The position numbers were made by a program, and so were the translations under genes. From an uncultured delta proteobacterium (GTDB taxonomy: Bacteria; Desulfobacterota; BSN033; UBA1163), in assembly GCA_963827685.1 (NCBI GenBank), contig CAWHBU010000003.1:224001-288000 (forward strand): 64,000 bases of DNA, in the 5' to 3' direction. Below, in pieces: positions 10,593 through 20,675 of this stretch. Positions within the stretch are counted from its first letter, which is position 1, and each line of letters begins with the position of its first letter. A model generated the notes under the pieces. The model did no database searches. It saw nothing but the letters and a program-made list of their open reading frames with translations, and was not told the DNA's origin.

Positions 10593-11480
10593 TCATCGGT
10601 CTCCTGAAGTTGAATGACCCGCTCTCTGCTTCAATCTTTCCCATTCCTCATCCACATCCATTTGAATCTGTCTGATCTGCTCTTCCTTCAGGTGTCTGAA
10701 TCTCCCCTGTTTCAGGAGGTACTCCTGGACAGGGAGACGGCGTGGTTCACGATTGATGGTGTATCGCTTTCCATCTTCCACCTCGTAAAGGGGAAAGATA
10801 TTCGTTTCCACAGCGAGAATGGACAATTCAGGGGAGATATCCGATGGCGTCTTCCAGCCTGTTGGGCAGGGGACAAGCATATGAATGAATTTTGTCCCCC
10901 GGATACTTTTCGCTTTGGTGATTTTCTGCTGGAGATCACGGGGAAAACCGATGCCGGCTGTGGCCGAATATGGATTGTAATGGGCGGCCATGATCTCCAT
11001 GATGTTTTTCTTCCGGCGGGGGTTCCCTTCGGGGGTCGTGCCCGTCCAGGCGTACGAAGGGGTTGCAGAGCTCACCTGAATCCCGGTGTTCATGTAGGCT
11101 TCGTTATCGAGGCAGACGTAGATGATATCCTCATTGTTCTTTGTCGCCCCCGAAAGAGACTGCAAACCAATGTCAAACGTTCCGCCATCTCCCGCAAAGG
11201 CCAGCACCTGAATATCATCCCTCCCCTGGATTTTGAGGGCATTGGCTATCCCCGCGGCAGTCGGTGCGGCTATCTCAAAAGCAGAATGAATCGTCGAGAC
11301 ACCATAGGAAGTGTTAGGGTACACACCTCCTATTGCTCCTTCACAGGACGGAACGATGACGGTAATGGTTCGAGGTCCCATGGCCTGAAGGACCAGTTTC
11401 ATGCCGATGGCGAGTCCGCAACCCGCGCATGCTGCATGACCAGGCCGAAGTAAATTGGGTTGCTGTGCAGGTGAAGCCAT
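10593..11480 (-). CDS. porB: 2-oxoacid:ferredoxin oxidoreductase beta (TPP-binding) subunit
   Basis: GHAACAGCG, GDGG..DIG, DNEAYMNTG, PCPTGW. Confidence 0.88.
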   Translation of the reverse strand: MASPAQQPNLLRPGHAACAGCGLAIGMKLVLQAMGPRTITVIVPSCEGAIGGVYPNTSYGVSTIHSAFEIAAPTAAGIANALKIQGRDDIQVLAFAGDGGTFDIGLQSLSGATKNNEDIIYVCLDNEAYMNTGIQVSSATPSYAWTGTTPEGNPRRKKNIMEIMAAHYNPYSATAGIGFPRDLQQKITKAKSIRGTKFIHMLVPCPTGWKTPSDISPELSILAVETNIFPLYEVEDGKRYTINREPRRLPVQEYLLKQGRFRHLKEEQIRQIQMDVDEEWERLKQRAGHSTSGDR

Positions 11481-11586
11481 TGAATCCTCCCAATATTTGC
11501 ATTTCAAACAACTCTAATTTTAGATTTCAGAATTAAGATTTCAGATTTTTGCAATCCCCAATCCGAAATCCGCAATCCGCAATTGA

Positions 11587-12739
11587 CTACTCTTCCATCA
11601 CCCATATGGGTTTGTCAAAAGGCTCAGATCGATTCATAACTTCCAGGGAAATTTTTTGAATCACTTCAGGAGTGACATCTGTACCCCCTACTCCCGCAAT
11701 ATAACTATAGGTAAGTGGATGGTCTGAAGAATGGATCAGTGCTGCTCTCAACTCCTGACAAAATATCCCTCCGCTTCCGAGGGAGATGTTTCTGTCGATG
11801 ACGGCAATCTTCCTCTTTCCTTTAAGGGCATCTCGAACGGCTTCCACCGGAAAAGGTCTGAAGAGGCGTATTTTAAGCAACCCAATCTTATGTCCCTGTT
11901 TTCGAAGGTCTCTTATCACCATCCTTGCCGTACTTGTGATCGATCCGGCCGTCACAAGAACAATCTCTGCATCTTCGACCATGATGGGCTCAACGATCCC
12001 GTAGTCTCTTCCAAATTCCTTCTTAAATTCCTCATCCACCTTTACGGCAACCTCTTTCACGGAGTCCATGGACCCCTGGGCCATATGCTTATACTTCCGA
12101 TATAATTCCGATGAAACCACAGGGACGAGAAATCCTGGTTTGTCGATATCGAACTTATGAGGTAGATCCATAGGCGGAAGGAACCGATCGACCTGCTCTT
12201 GCTCGGGGAGGTCAACAACCTCCATGAAGTGGGAGACAAAAAAGGCCTCCAGAGATATCATGACGGGGAGATATACCTGCTCTGCTATCCTGTACGCCTG
12301 GATGACAGTATCCAGGGCTTCCTGACCATTTTCGCAATAAAATTGAATCCACCCCGTATCCCGCTGGGAAAGGCTGTCTAACTGGTCAGCCCAGAATCCC
12401 CATGGCGCCGCTAAGAGACGATTGACATTGGCCATCACGACCGGAGACTCGGCACCCCGCTGCGAAATGAAGCATCTCATGCATCAGGGCAATGCCCTGG
12501 GAGGAAGTGGCCGTAAACGTCCTCACGCCTGTCAAGGAGGCGGCAATACACGCTGCCATGGCAGAATGCTCAGACTCCGTCCGCATCATGACTCCTTTGA
12601 GCAGGCCTGATGCTTCCCATTCCGAGAGCTTTTCATAGATAGCGGTCTGCGGTGTGATGGGATAGGCGGCAACGAATGGAGTACGGCAGAGCTTGACAGC
12701 GTTCGCTACCGCATGATTCCCAGTCATAAAATCTTTCAT
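11587..12739 (-). CDS. porA: 2-oxoacid:ferredoxin oxidoreductase alpha subunit, split by an apparent +1 frameshift at about 12447
   Basis: N-half has YPITPQT, ESEHSA, TATSSQG; C-half has VVMANVNR..RDTGW; span is 3n+1. Confidence 0.85.
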
Positions 12740-14464
12740 GGGGTTTCCTTCATCTCTACGACATTCCTCGGACAAGACTTTGCACAAGTCCCACACCCTT
12801 TGCAATGGTCAAGGTCAACGTACTTTGTCTGGTGAAGAGGATCGAGTGAAATCGCCCCTTCGGGGCAAAAGAAATAGCAATTGTAGCAGTAGTTACATGT
12901 TCCGCAGGAAAAACACCTCGAAGCAGACAGGCCGGCCTCTTCTGCAGATAAACCGCGATTCACTTCCGAAAACCCTCTCCGTCTCTGGTCGAGGCCGAGT
13001 TTGCGCATATTGATTTTTTTGCTATGCTCAAAGTATAACGTGTTTATCCTGTCATATGAAATGATGTTCTTGGGATCTGGCCATTTTTCCTCATCCCTCC
13101 CGGAAAGATAAGCTTCCATCGAAACAGAACCTTTATTTCCAAGTCTGATCTTAGAAAAAACGTCGTCGCAAGAATTTCCCCTCAGATGAAGATCAATGGA
13201 AATGGCAGCCCTCTTCCCTGAAGAGATAGCAGTGACGATGGTTCGGGGCTGGTCAACAGCATCTCCCCCTGCAAAAACCTTGTGAGACGGATTCACATCA
13301 ATTAGATCATTCTTAATAAGCTCCTGAGGAATCCATGAAAGATCAACTTGTTCACCAACAGCTGTGATGAGACGGTCGGCTTCCAGGGTGAGAAATTTTC
13401 CCCTGAGAGGGATCGCTCTGGGTCTGCCACTTTGATCCGAACTGCTCAGCTTCATTCTTTGGAATTTGACAGCCAACTTCTTATTCTTGAGAAGGTTTAC
13501 CTTTAGAGGCTGAATCAAGAACTCAAATCCTACTCCTTCCTCCCCGGCTTCAACGATTTCGTCTTGAATGGCCGGCATTTCATTTCTGGTCCTTCGATAG
13601 GCGACCGTCACTTTTGAACCAAGACGCAAAGCCGACCGGGCCACATCCATGGCTGTATTGCCTCCCCCGATCACAAGGGTCTCTCTTCCTAGAGTAGCCT
13701 TCTCCCTTGAATTGATCCGCTCCAAAAAATCTCCACCCTTCCAGACCCGTTTCAAATCTTCGCCCTCGATGGAAAGAACTGCACTCAGTCTGGCTCCGGG
13801 AGAGAGAAAAACGGCATCAAACCGGGTCAACTCGCTAAAAGAAAGGTCTTTCCCCACGTTGATACCTGTTTCCATCTCGATGGGCAAATTGAATATCCTC
13901 CGAATCTCTCTTTTTAATACAGATTTGGGGAGGCGATATTCGGGAATCCCCCAACGCATTATGCCCCCTGGTTCCTTTTTAGCCTCGAAAACCGTCACCT
14001 GATGGCCCAGGAGAGAGAGGAAGTAGGCACAGGAAAGTCCTGCCGGACCTGCGCCCACAATGGCAACCCTTTTTGAATTCCTATTCTGTACCGGTTTGAG
14101 ATCCGGAAGCTGATTCGATGCTGTATCAGATACATATCTTTCCATCGAGCGAATGGATACAGATTCATCATACTGAGCCTCTGTTGCAGTCAGTCTCACA
14201 GGGATGGAAACAGACTCTCCCGCATATTCCGGGGAAAGGATTCTCTTTCAGAAGGGTTTGAAGGGCCTCGTCATATCGGCCCTCACCTGCCAGGTAGAGG
14301 AATTGGGGAATGGGATTTCCTGCGGGGCAAGCCTCCTGGCAAGGGGCTGTCATGAAGGATGTCTGTGGTTTCTGGAAACCCCATTTACCGGTTTCTATAA
14401 CTTCCGTGCTTCCATAGGAAATCGGAATGACAAACTCAGAGGAATGGTCGGAATTCGTTTTCAA
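12736..14464 (-). CDS. GltD/SudA-like FAD/NAD(P) oxidoreductase fused to a C-terminal 2x[4Fe-4S] delta-subunit-like domain; apparent +1 frameshift at about 14178
   Basis: APCQEACP..CGRVCFHPCETDCNR, GAGPAG, GGGNTAMD, C-terminal CxxCxxCxxxCP twice; span is 3n+1. Confidence 0.85.
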
Positions 14465-14469
14465 TCGCC

Positions 14470-15021
14470 CTATCCTTCTGCCTCGTATATTTTTACCTGA
14501 TTATAAGCCTCTCTCACGGCTTGAACATTTTCTTCTTTTTTTGCCGGTGCCATTGCCTTGACGGTTTCAGTCAACGTCTTTATTGTGATCAAATTTGTTA
14601 AACGTACATAAGCACCCAACATGGCGGTATTGAACGTGGCTCCCAGGCCAAGACTTCTGGCAATCGGACCCGCATCAATCAGACCGATTCTAAATCTCCG
14701 CAATTTCCTAAAAAAATCGATTCCCTGATGGCTATTTATCAGAATCGATCCATTCGGTTTGAGTTCCTGCAATATTTCCATTTCATCGATTAAGGAAAAA
14801 TCGAAAATAATCATCTGGTCAGGATGATAGATCTGGCACTTCAAGAGAATGGGTTGCTCATCGACACGCAGGAATCCAACGACAGGAGCCCCTCGGCGCT
14901 CCCCTCCGAAGAGAGAAAAACATTGGGGGTATTTTCCTTCCGAGAAAAAGGCCCTTCCTAAAATCTCGGAGGCAACCACCGCCCCCTGTCCTCCACGGCC
15001 TCTAAATTTGATTTCGATCAT
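14470..15021 (-). CDS. porC: 2-oxoacid:acceptor oxidoreductase gamma subunit
   Basis: GRGGQGAV, FGGERRGAPV, NTAMLGA. Confidence 0.88.
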   Translation of the reverse strand: MIEIKFRGRGGQGAVVASEILGRAFFSEGKYPQCFSLFGGERRGAPVVGFLRVDEQPILLKCQIYHPDQMIIFDFSLIDEMEILQELKPNGSILINSHQGIDFFRKLRRFRIGLIDAGPIARSLGLGATFNTAMLGAYVRLTNLITIKTLTETVKAMAPAKKEENVQAVREAYNQVKIYEAEG

Positions 15022-15027
15022 AGAAAG

Positions 15028-15708
15028 TTATCTCTTCGCTTTAGGGGCTTCTTTAAAGGCATATCTCAAGATATCCTTTTTGGATTGCTCCATATGGTGC
15101 TGGATGGCTTTATTCACCCCTTCCAAATTCCGTTTTTCTATCGCTCGAAGGATTCCCTTATGCCCGTCAATGGCCCTTAAGACATTGTCAACCGAATAGA
15201 TACTCTGGATTCTGTATCGCAGCATATGCCGCCTCAAGGTCTGAGCCAGCTCGAACAAGCGCTGGCTTCCGCTAAATTTGGAAATAATCTCATGAAATTT
15301 TGCATCCATATCCACAAATGCCCTCGCGTCTCCTTTTGAAACCTTATCTTCCGCAATAGATATGTTCTTTTCCAGCTCTACAACCAATTTTTCATGGGCT
15401 TTTTCCATAGCCCAGCGAGCAGCCAATCCTTCTATCGCTGCCCTGATCTCACATATCTCTTCAACTTCCTGTTCACTGATGGGCTTAACGACATAGCCTA
15501 CCCTGGGTATCGACTCGATAAGACCCTCTAATTCCAAACTATGAAGAGCCTCTCTCACCGGCGTTCTGGATGTCCCAATGTCCCGTGCGATCTTGGCCTC
15601 TATTAAATGTTGATGAGGTTGTATCTTACCGCTTAAAAGCTGCTCGCGAAGGTGCTCATAGATCTTCCTGCGAATCGTCTTTTCACTTTTTATAACGAGT
15701 CTACGCAT
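15028..15708 (-). CDS. GntR/FCD family transcriptional regulator
   Basis: 'GTSRTPVREAL' HTH; FCD 'DAKFH'. Confidence 0.9.
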   Translation of the reverse strand: MRRLVIKSEKTIRRKIYEHLREQLLSGKIQPHQHLIEAKIARDIGTSRTPVREALHSLELEGLIESIPRVGYVVKPISEQEVEEICEIRAAIEGLAARWAMEKAHEKLVVELEKNISIAEDKVSKGDARAFVDMDAKFHEIISKFSGSQRLFELAQTLRRHMLRYRIQSIYSVDNVLRAIDGHKGILRAIEKRNLEGVNKAIQHHMEQSKKDILRYAFKEAPKAKR

Positions 15709-15878
15709 CAGGGGTACTGTACCCCAGTTAATTCCCCATTGTCAAGAATTTTTTTCATAACATGTACCTTCTCCTGTTTGACGCGGTCGTGGCATCTTAC
15801 TCCGCAAAATGTTAACATATCGATTAGACAACCTCCTAAATAGAAATGGATTGCGAGATGGGAAAAGGAGATGGCTCA

Positions 15879-17162
15879 ATGGATTGCTATGTCAACTATG
15901 GCGACCAAAAAAGAAACTTTCGGGTACCTGAGGGGTGGAACTTAATCTCCGCAGAGGACAAACCTCTTGTTCCCGGAGTCGTTGACCCGCTGCAAGAAAT
16001 CAAACGCTCCTTAGATCATCCCATCGGATCGCTCAAGATCGAAGAGTTGGCACGCCCGGGAATGGAGGTCGCTCTGTTATTCGATGATCTTCAGCGTCCA
16101 ACTCCGGTTCATCTGGCATTGCCCGAGATTCTGAATCGGCTTAATCGCGCTGGCATTCCGGACAATCGGATTAGTGGAATCTGTTCATTAGGCACACATC
16201 CTATTCCCACGTTGGAACAACTAAAAAAGAAAGTGGGGGAAGAAGTTTTCTCCCGTTTGCAGGACCATATCTTTCCCCATGATCCTCGTGCATCTGATAA
16301 TGTGATCATTGGAAAAACCCATCGGGGAACGCTTGTGGAAATCAATCCCCGGGTGGCATTCTCCGATCTCATTATCGGGGTTGGAGAATGCATGCCTCAT
16401 CCTTGTGCCGGATTCGGAGGGGGATGCAAGATTATCATGCCAGGGGTATGCTCCTATCGATCCGTGGCCGACCATCACTTCACCTGGATGCGCCATCGAA
16501 ATAGCAAGGTCAATCTTCTTGATGGAAATTCTTTTTATGAGGAAATCGTGGATGCAGGGCGTCTTTCAAGACTGGCATTTAAACTCGATTTCATCATTAA
16601 TGAAAAGAGAGAAGTCATCCGGGCCTTCGCAGGAGACCCTGTCGCAGAGCATAGAGAAGCCTCCCGCTATGCGGCCTCGCTTTATTTGGTCCCCCTGCCG
16701 AAAATGGCGGATGTGACGATTACTGCAGCCTTTCCGATGGAAATCGGGGTTCAAGCCACAAAGGCTTTGACCATGGCTGGATTTTGCACAAGATCCGGAG
16801 GAGCCATTATTTGGGTCGCCCCACAAAAAGAAGCAGGCTCGATCATGCCTTTGGTCAAGGAGATGGGAAGTTCGGAGAGTGCAGGAGATTTCCATCGTCG
16901 TCTGATCGAAGGGAACATTCCCGATCATCTCAAGTCTTTCGGAATCTCATACATTATGCAGGTCGTTTACTTCAAAGAAATGGCCGAAAAATTTGACGTC
17001 GTTCATGTCACCGAGGGGCTTTCGCCGGAGCAAGTGAAGATAATGAAATTTTCATATGCTTCCAGTATTCAAGAGGCGATCAACCGAGTCTCCGAAAAGA
17101 TGCCCCGAGCTGACGTAGCCGTCTTCCCATCTGGAGGCAATATCATTCCCGAAGTCCGATAA
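15879..17162 (+). CDS. Lactate racemase LarA superfamily (nickel-pincer) protein
   Basis: DLQRPTP, LGTH, PHD, PHPCAGFGGGCKIIMPGV, DHH motifs. Confidence 0.85.
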   Translation: MDCYVNYGDQKRNFRVPEGWNLISAEDKPLVPGVVDPLQEIKRSLDHPIGSLKIEELARPGMEVALLFDDLQRPTPVHLALPEILNRLNRAGIPDNRISGICSLGTHPIPTLEQLKKKVGEEVFSRLQDHIFPHDPRASDNVIIGKTHRGTLVEINPRVAFSDLIIGVGECMPHPCAGFGGGCKIIMPGVCSYRSVADHHFTWMRHRNSKVNLLDGNSFYEEIVDAGRLSRLAFKLDFIINEKREVIRAFAGDPVAEHREASRYAASLYLVPLPKMADVTITAAFPMEIGVQATKALTMAGFCTRSGGAIIWVAPQKEAGSIMPLVKEMGSSESAGDFHRRLIEGNIPDHLKSFGISYIMQVVYFKEMAEKFDVVHVTEGLSPEQVKIMKFSYASSIQEAINRVSEKMPRADVAVFPSGGNIIPEVR

Positions 17163-17316
17163 TACTCTATCTTCGCCAACACCTCTCCAGTTCCCGTCCA
17201 CAGCTCCACACACCCAAATTCTTGCCGGGACTTACATGGATGATTATATTTGTCTTAAGAGGGATTTTAGATAACCTCGAGGTACAGTAAGATTAAAAGG
17301 TAAAGGAGGGATAAGA

Positions 17317-17847
17317 ATGAAAAAGATCATACATATATCGGTTGTTGTCGCATGCTTGCTGCTTGTTAGTTTGCTTACTGCTTATGCGGGGTACAATGGC
17401 GGAGCTCCATACTCTGGCTCCAAAGAGTATGAACACATGAAACAGCTTATTGGTGTATGGGAAGGTACTTCCAACATGAGTAAAGAGGGGCAAACGGCAA
17501 GGGTGGAGTATCGCCTGACGGCTGGGGGTAGCGCAGTCGTCGAAACGCTCTTCCCGGGTACTCCCGAAGAGATGATTTCCGTTTACTATGATAGGAAGGG
17601 GAAACTTTCAATGACTCACTATTGCATGCTCCAAAATCAACCTTCCATGAAGCTCCTAAAAGCCGGAACAGACAAATTCGATTTTATCTTTGCTGGAGGG
17701 AGTGGCATTAATCCGAAGAAGGACGCTCATATGCATGCCTTAACCATTTCATTTGTCGATAAGGATCACATCGTCCAAAATTGGACTTTGTTTGAAGATG
17801 ACAAAGAAAAGGAAGTGACGAGACTGAATCTATCTCGTGTGCATTAA
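17317..17847 (+). CDS. Exported hypothetical protein (beta-barrel-like)
   Basis: Signal peptide; 'MKQLIGVWEG', 'MTHYC..NQP'; AGGAGG RBS. Confidence 0.7.
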   Translation: MKKIIHISVVVACLLLVSLLTAYAGYNGGAPYSGSKEYEHMKQLIGVWEGTSNMSKEGQTARVEYRLTAGGSAVVETLFPGTPEEMISVYYDRKGKLSMTHYCMLQNQPSMKLLKAGTDKFDFIFAGGSGINPKKDAHMHALTISFVDKDHIVQNWTLFEDDKEKEVTRLNLSRVH

Positions 17848-17854
17848 ACGTTAG

Positions 17855-17918
17855 ATAGAACGAAAAGGCTCATCGGGAGCCGGATTTATCGGCGATCCGA
17901 AGCAGCCGTTTGTTATCT
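17855..17918 (-). repeat. attC site (cassette 9)
   Basis: Minus strand AGATAAC...GTTCTAT palindrome, overlapping the stop of ORF 17913. Confidence 0.8.
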
Positions 17919-18377
17919 GCTCTTCGATTTTGCTTTGGCCCAGGTTTCACCGGTTCCGCGAACAACAACGATTTCATTGTCCTCGATATCTCGGACCAAG
18001 ATATTATTCATCCGCTTTTCGTCGGGCCGCTCTATTCTAAACTCGACTTCACTCACACCCCAAGGGTCAATTTTGATTGGTAAGTTTATCTGGTTTCTGT
18101 ATCCACGACCTTCCAAAATACTTTCACCCTCCCGGATATATATGTCAACTATTGCTGTAGGGCGATGGCTGAGATTCCTGAAGAGTAAAGTGATTTTAGT
18201 TCGGTCGTCATCGCTGCCAAGATAAAAGTTATTTCTCTGCCACACTTCGATTTGTGCCTTGCTCCTGGCACGTTCAGAAATGATATTCCAATAGAGGGCA
18301 ATTATGGCAACAGCGAGAGCAACACCTGAAATCAATATCGGTAACCACTTGCTCCAATTAAAATGTGCTTCGTCCAA
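17913..18377 (-). CDS. Cassette 9: N-terminal TM + beta-rich hypothetical protein
   Basis: TTG start after AAGGAG; stop inside the attC R'' box. Confidence 0.7.
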   Translation of the reverse strand: MDEAHFNWSKWLPILISGVALAVAIIALYWNIISERARSKAQIEVWQRNNFYLGSDDDRTKITLLFRNLSHRPTAIVDIYIREGESILEGRGYRNQINLPIKIDPWGVSEVEFRIERPDEKRMNNILVRDIEDNEIVVVRGTGETWAKAKSKSR

Positions 18378-18895
18378 AGTGAGACTCCTTTTATTTTATT
18401 ACGTGTAGATAACGCCGCGGATAACCTGGACAAAAAGCGCAAGCTTTTTGGATCAGGGTTGATCCGCTTGTTATATGGTATCGAGTTCAGAATAAGATAT
18501 GCTATGTTCTGCCGATGGTATAAAAAAATAGACCGATTCCATATTACCCAACTGATAAGCCCTCCAATACAATAAGCTAGCACATCAAAAGGGTCCGATG
18601 TGCCCTTTCCGAAAAAATAAGGACCGATAAATTCAAAAGCTATTGACCATATTGCTAATGGTATAACTATCTCCATAAGCATTGGAGGGGAATATTTTTC
18701 TCTGAACTTCAATATTCTTGAGAAAAAGAGAATTATAGGTAACATGACTGGTATCAGAAGCACATCGTTAAGATAGGCATTAATGAATTTGTGACCCCAC
18801 CAATAGGGTGGAAATAATGATAGCTTATTCACCGTGTATAATGTCGAGGAAAAGAGGAATAGAGGGTCTAAAATGTATTTAAAATTGGCATTCAT
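18332..18895 (-). CDS. Cassette 8 gene 2: membrane hypothetical protein (MNANFKY...; 'YLNDVL..P', 'FE', 'SDPFDVLAY'), frame runs through attC
   Basis: Hydrophobic ORF; ATG 5 bp after the upstream stop. Confidence 0.65.
   Translation of the reverse strand: MNANFKYILDPLFLFSSTLYTVNKLSLFPPYWWGHKFINAYLNDVLLIPVMLPIILFFSRILKFREKYSPPMLMEIVIPLAIWSIAFEFIGPYFFGKGTSDPFDVLAYCIGGLISWVIWNRSIFLYHRQNIAYLILNSIPYNKRINPDPKSLRFLSRLSAALSTRNKIKGVSLWTKHILIGASGYRY
18407..18476 (-). repeat. attC site (cassette 8)
   Basis: ATATAAC...GTTATCT with internal palindrome. Confidence 0.85.
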
Positions 18896-18900
18896 ATGAT

Positions 18901-19077
18901 TTATAATCCCAAGCTTATAATAATAACAGCAACTACTATTGCAGCAACAATTAAGAAAAAAAGTGCGCAACCGCTCATTCCTTGGGCTGTTTTCTTTAAT
19001 GGGTGTCCGCATTTCGGACACGAGGCTGCTTCGTTTGATACTACAGTTCCGCATGCAGGGCAATTAATCAGCGCCAT
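18901..19077 (-). CDS. Cassette 8 gene 1: 58-aa zinc-ribbon + TM protein (below the ORF-track cutoff)
   Basis: MALINCPACGTVVSNEAASCPKCGHPL...ALFFLIVAAIVVAVIIISLGL; GAAGGAGG RBS. Confidence 0.8.
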   Translation of the reverse strand: MALINCPACGTVVSNEAASCPKCGHPLKKTAQGMSGCALFFLIVAAIVVAVIIISLGL

Positions 19078-19136
19078 TGCTCCTCCTTCACATACACTTC
19101 GTAAACAAGTTAGAGAGTTAGCATATTTTCAAAAAT

Positions 19137-19224
19137 ATATAACGCTGTGCATCAGCCGACGCCGCCACTGAGACACGCTACAGGTGCCACGCTATTCGAC
19201 GTCGGCTGGATGCTGTTGTTGGCA
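19137..19224 (-). repeat. attC site (cassette 7)
   Basis: TGCCAAC...GTTATAT; stem GCATC(C)AGCCGACG. Confidence 0.85.
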
Positions 19225-19260
19225 ATGTATTTTCTTTATCATCATTTTTCCTGATTAAAC

Positions 19261-19806
19261 CTACCAATTATGAAAGCGCTTGGACATAAATGTGCAGACT
19301 AAAAGACTGCACGAAAGATTTTCACCAAGAGTTATGTCGATTAGATCACAGTTCTCTTTTTTGCTCAAATTGAGATTTGTCTTCTCATTTATTCTGTCTA
19401 AATAAAACTCCCAACGGGGATCACCGACGGGAATAGGAAAAAGTACAAATGCAACTATACCATTTTGTGAGTTTAACTTCTTGGCGTCATCGATAACCGA
19501 CTGAATATTTTTTGTAATTGGGCGACAATTTGTATTTATGCCCTGAATTCTCCAGTTTGTATTTGGCGTTTTTAACTCTATACTGTAAGGTTCGCCATTG
19601 TGGAAAAATGTTATATCAGTCCTGTCGCGGCGATGGTGGACCTTAGATTCAACTTCCACGTTCTTCATTTCCCTTTGTTCTAAATAGTGTGCGAGTTCAA
19701 ATTTCAACCATCCCTCGAACTTGGCCTTTTGCCTCAAGGGTATGCGTAACAGCGCCGCATTATTTTTTATAATATCGACTATTCCAGTGCGAATGAGCTT
19801 GTCCAT
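19261..19806 (-). CDS. Cassette 7: PD-(D/E)XK nuclease-like protein
   Basis: 'FEGWLKFEL...RTDITF...SIELKT'. Confidence 0.65.
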   Translation of the reverse strand: MDKLIRTGIVDIIKNNAALLRIPLRQKAKFEGWLKFELAHYLEQREMKNVEVESKVHHRRDRTDITFFHNGEPYSIELKTPNTNWRIQGINTNCRPITKNIQSVIDDAKKLNSQNGIVAFVLFPIPVGDPRWEFYLDRINEKTNLNLSKKENCDLIDITLGENLSCSLLVCTFMSKRFHNW

Positions 19807-19846
19807 GTAAGACCACGAATTATCATTTTCAGTTCATCAATATGCT

Positions 19847-19936
19847 TGCCAACGAATTGCATAACCTGCGCGGGCAATCAGTTATTCCCAAAACCTGACG
19901 CGACTAATCCGCGTCAGGTTCATGCAGTTGTTGGGC
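19847..19936 (-). repeat. attC site (cassette 6)
   Basis: GCCCAAC...GTTGGCA; stem TGCAT(G)AACCTG(A)CGCGG. Confidence 0.85.
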
Positions 19937-19937
19937 C

Positions 19938-20573
19938 TCAGCTAAACAATTTGGCTATTTCTGTTGATGCTGTGCTTAATACTACACCCAAAAGAAGCCA
20001 TACCAACCCCATGACGGAAATGCTCAGTCCGCCCGTCTGAGAGAGTTCTATCTTCCTCTTCGTCTCATCGTCCTCCTTTTCCCGCAAGACTCGCTCTTCA
20101 TGCAATTCTGATGTAATTTTTCGAGCTTCATCATCTAGCCGTTTGTCTACCTGAACTAATCTTTGATCCAGAGCCAAAAGATTTTCCTCCACTACTGCCA
20201 GCCTTTTCTCAATCGGTGCCTCCGGGCCAGCACCTTGCCAAAGGTGCGCACGTCCAGTTAACTGAATCGTTGGGAGACTAATGTTGCCCTCAAAGGATAC
20301 TGGCCTAGGCTTATATTTTGGAAACCGCTTAAGCCACTCCACTAAGTGTTCAAAGAAACCTGCACGTCCGAATAGCTTCCTTGTTTGTCTCAGACCCCAC
20401 ACCACTGTACTAATGCCACAAAGCTGCAGAACCAGGCCGGTGATTCTAATTTTCTGCTCAGTCACTCCTCCGAAAAGAGCCAAAGCCATAGACGCAACAA
20501 CCACAAATGTACACAGCCAAAACAGCCTGGGTTCTCTAATCCAACGCAAGACCGCTCTAACCCACCGAATCAA
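19938..20573 (-). CDS. Cassette 6: membrane protein (2 TM, coiled coil, C-terminal TM)
   Basis: Hydrophobic segments flanking the heptad region 'IEKRLAVVEENLLALDQRL...'. Confidence 0.7.
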   Translation of the reverse strand: MIRWVRAVLRWIREPRLFWLCTFVVVASMALALFGGVTEQKIRITGLVLQLCGISTVVWGLRQTRKLFGRAGFFEHLVEWLKRFPKYKPRPVSFEGNISLPTIQLTGRAHLWQGAGPEAPIEKRLAVVEENLLALDQRLVQVDKRLDDEARKITSELHEERVLREKEDDETKRKIELSQTGGLSISVMGLVWLLLGVVLSTASTEIAKLFS

Positions 20574-20599
20574 GCTCTTCTCCTATCAAAATTTTATAC

Positions 20600-20662
20600 G
20601 CCCAACGTGCGGCTCACCGAGAGCCGGGTTTATCGGCGATCCGGTGCAGCCGCTGGTTGGCA
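20600..20662 (-). repeat. attC site (cassette 5)
   Basis: TGCCAAC...GTTGGGC; near-copy of the 17855 attC. Confidence 0.85.
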
Positions 20663-20675
20663 TGTCATCAGTTCT

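Noticed and set aside
10614-11453. Long antisense ORFs (e.g. 279 aa here, 221 aa at 20281, 198 aa at 48035)
   Set aside because: Shadows of well-supported genes on the opposite strand
18896-19063. N-terminal extension of the 243-aa ORF (Cys/Tyr runs)
   Set aside because: Off-frame reading of the 58-aa Zn-ribbon gene; the real start is probably 18895
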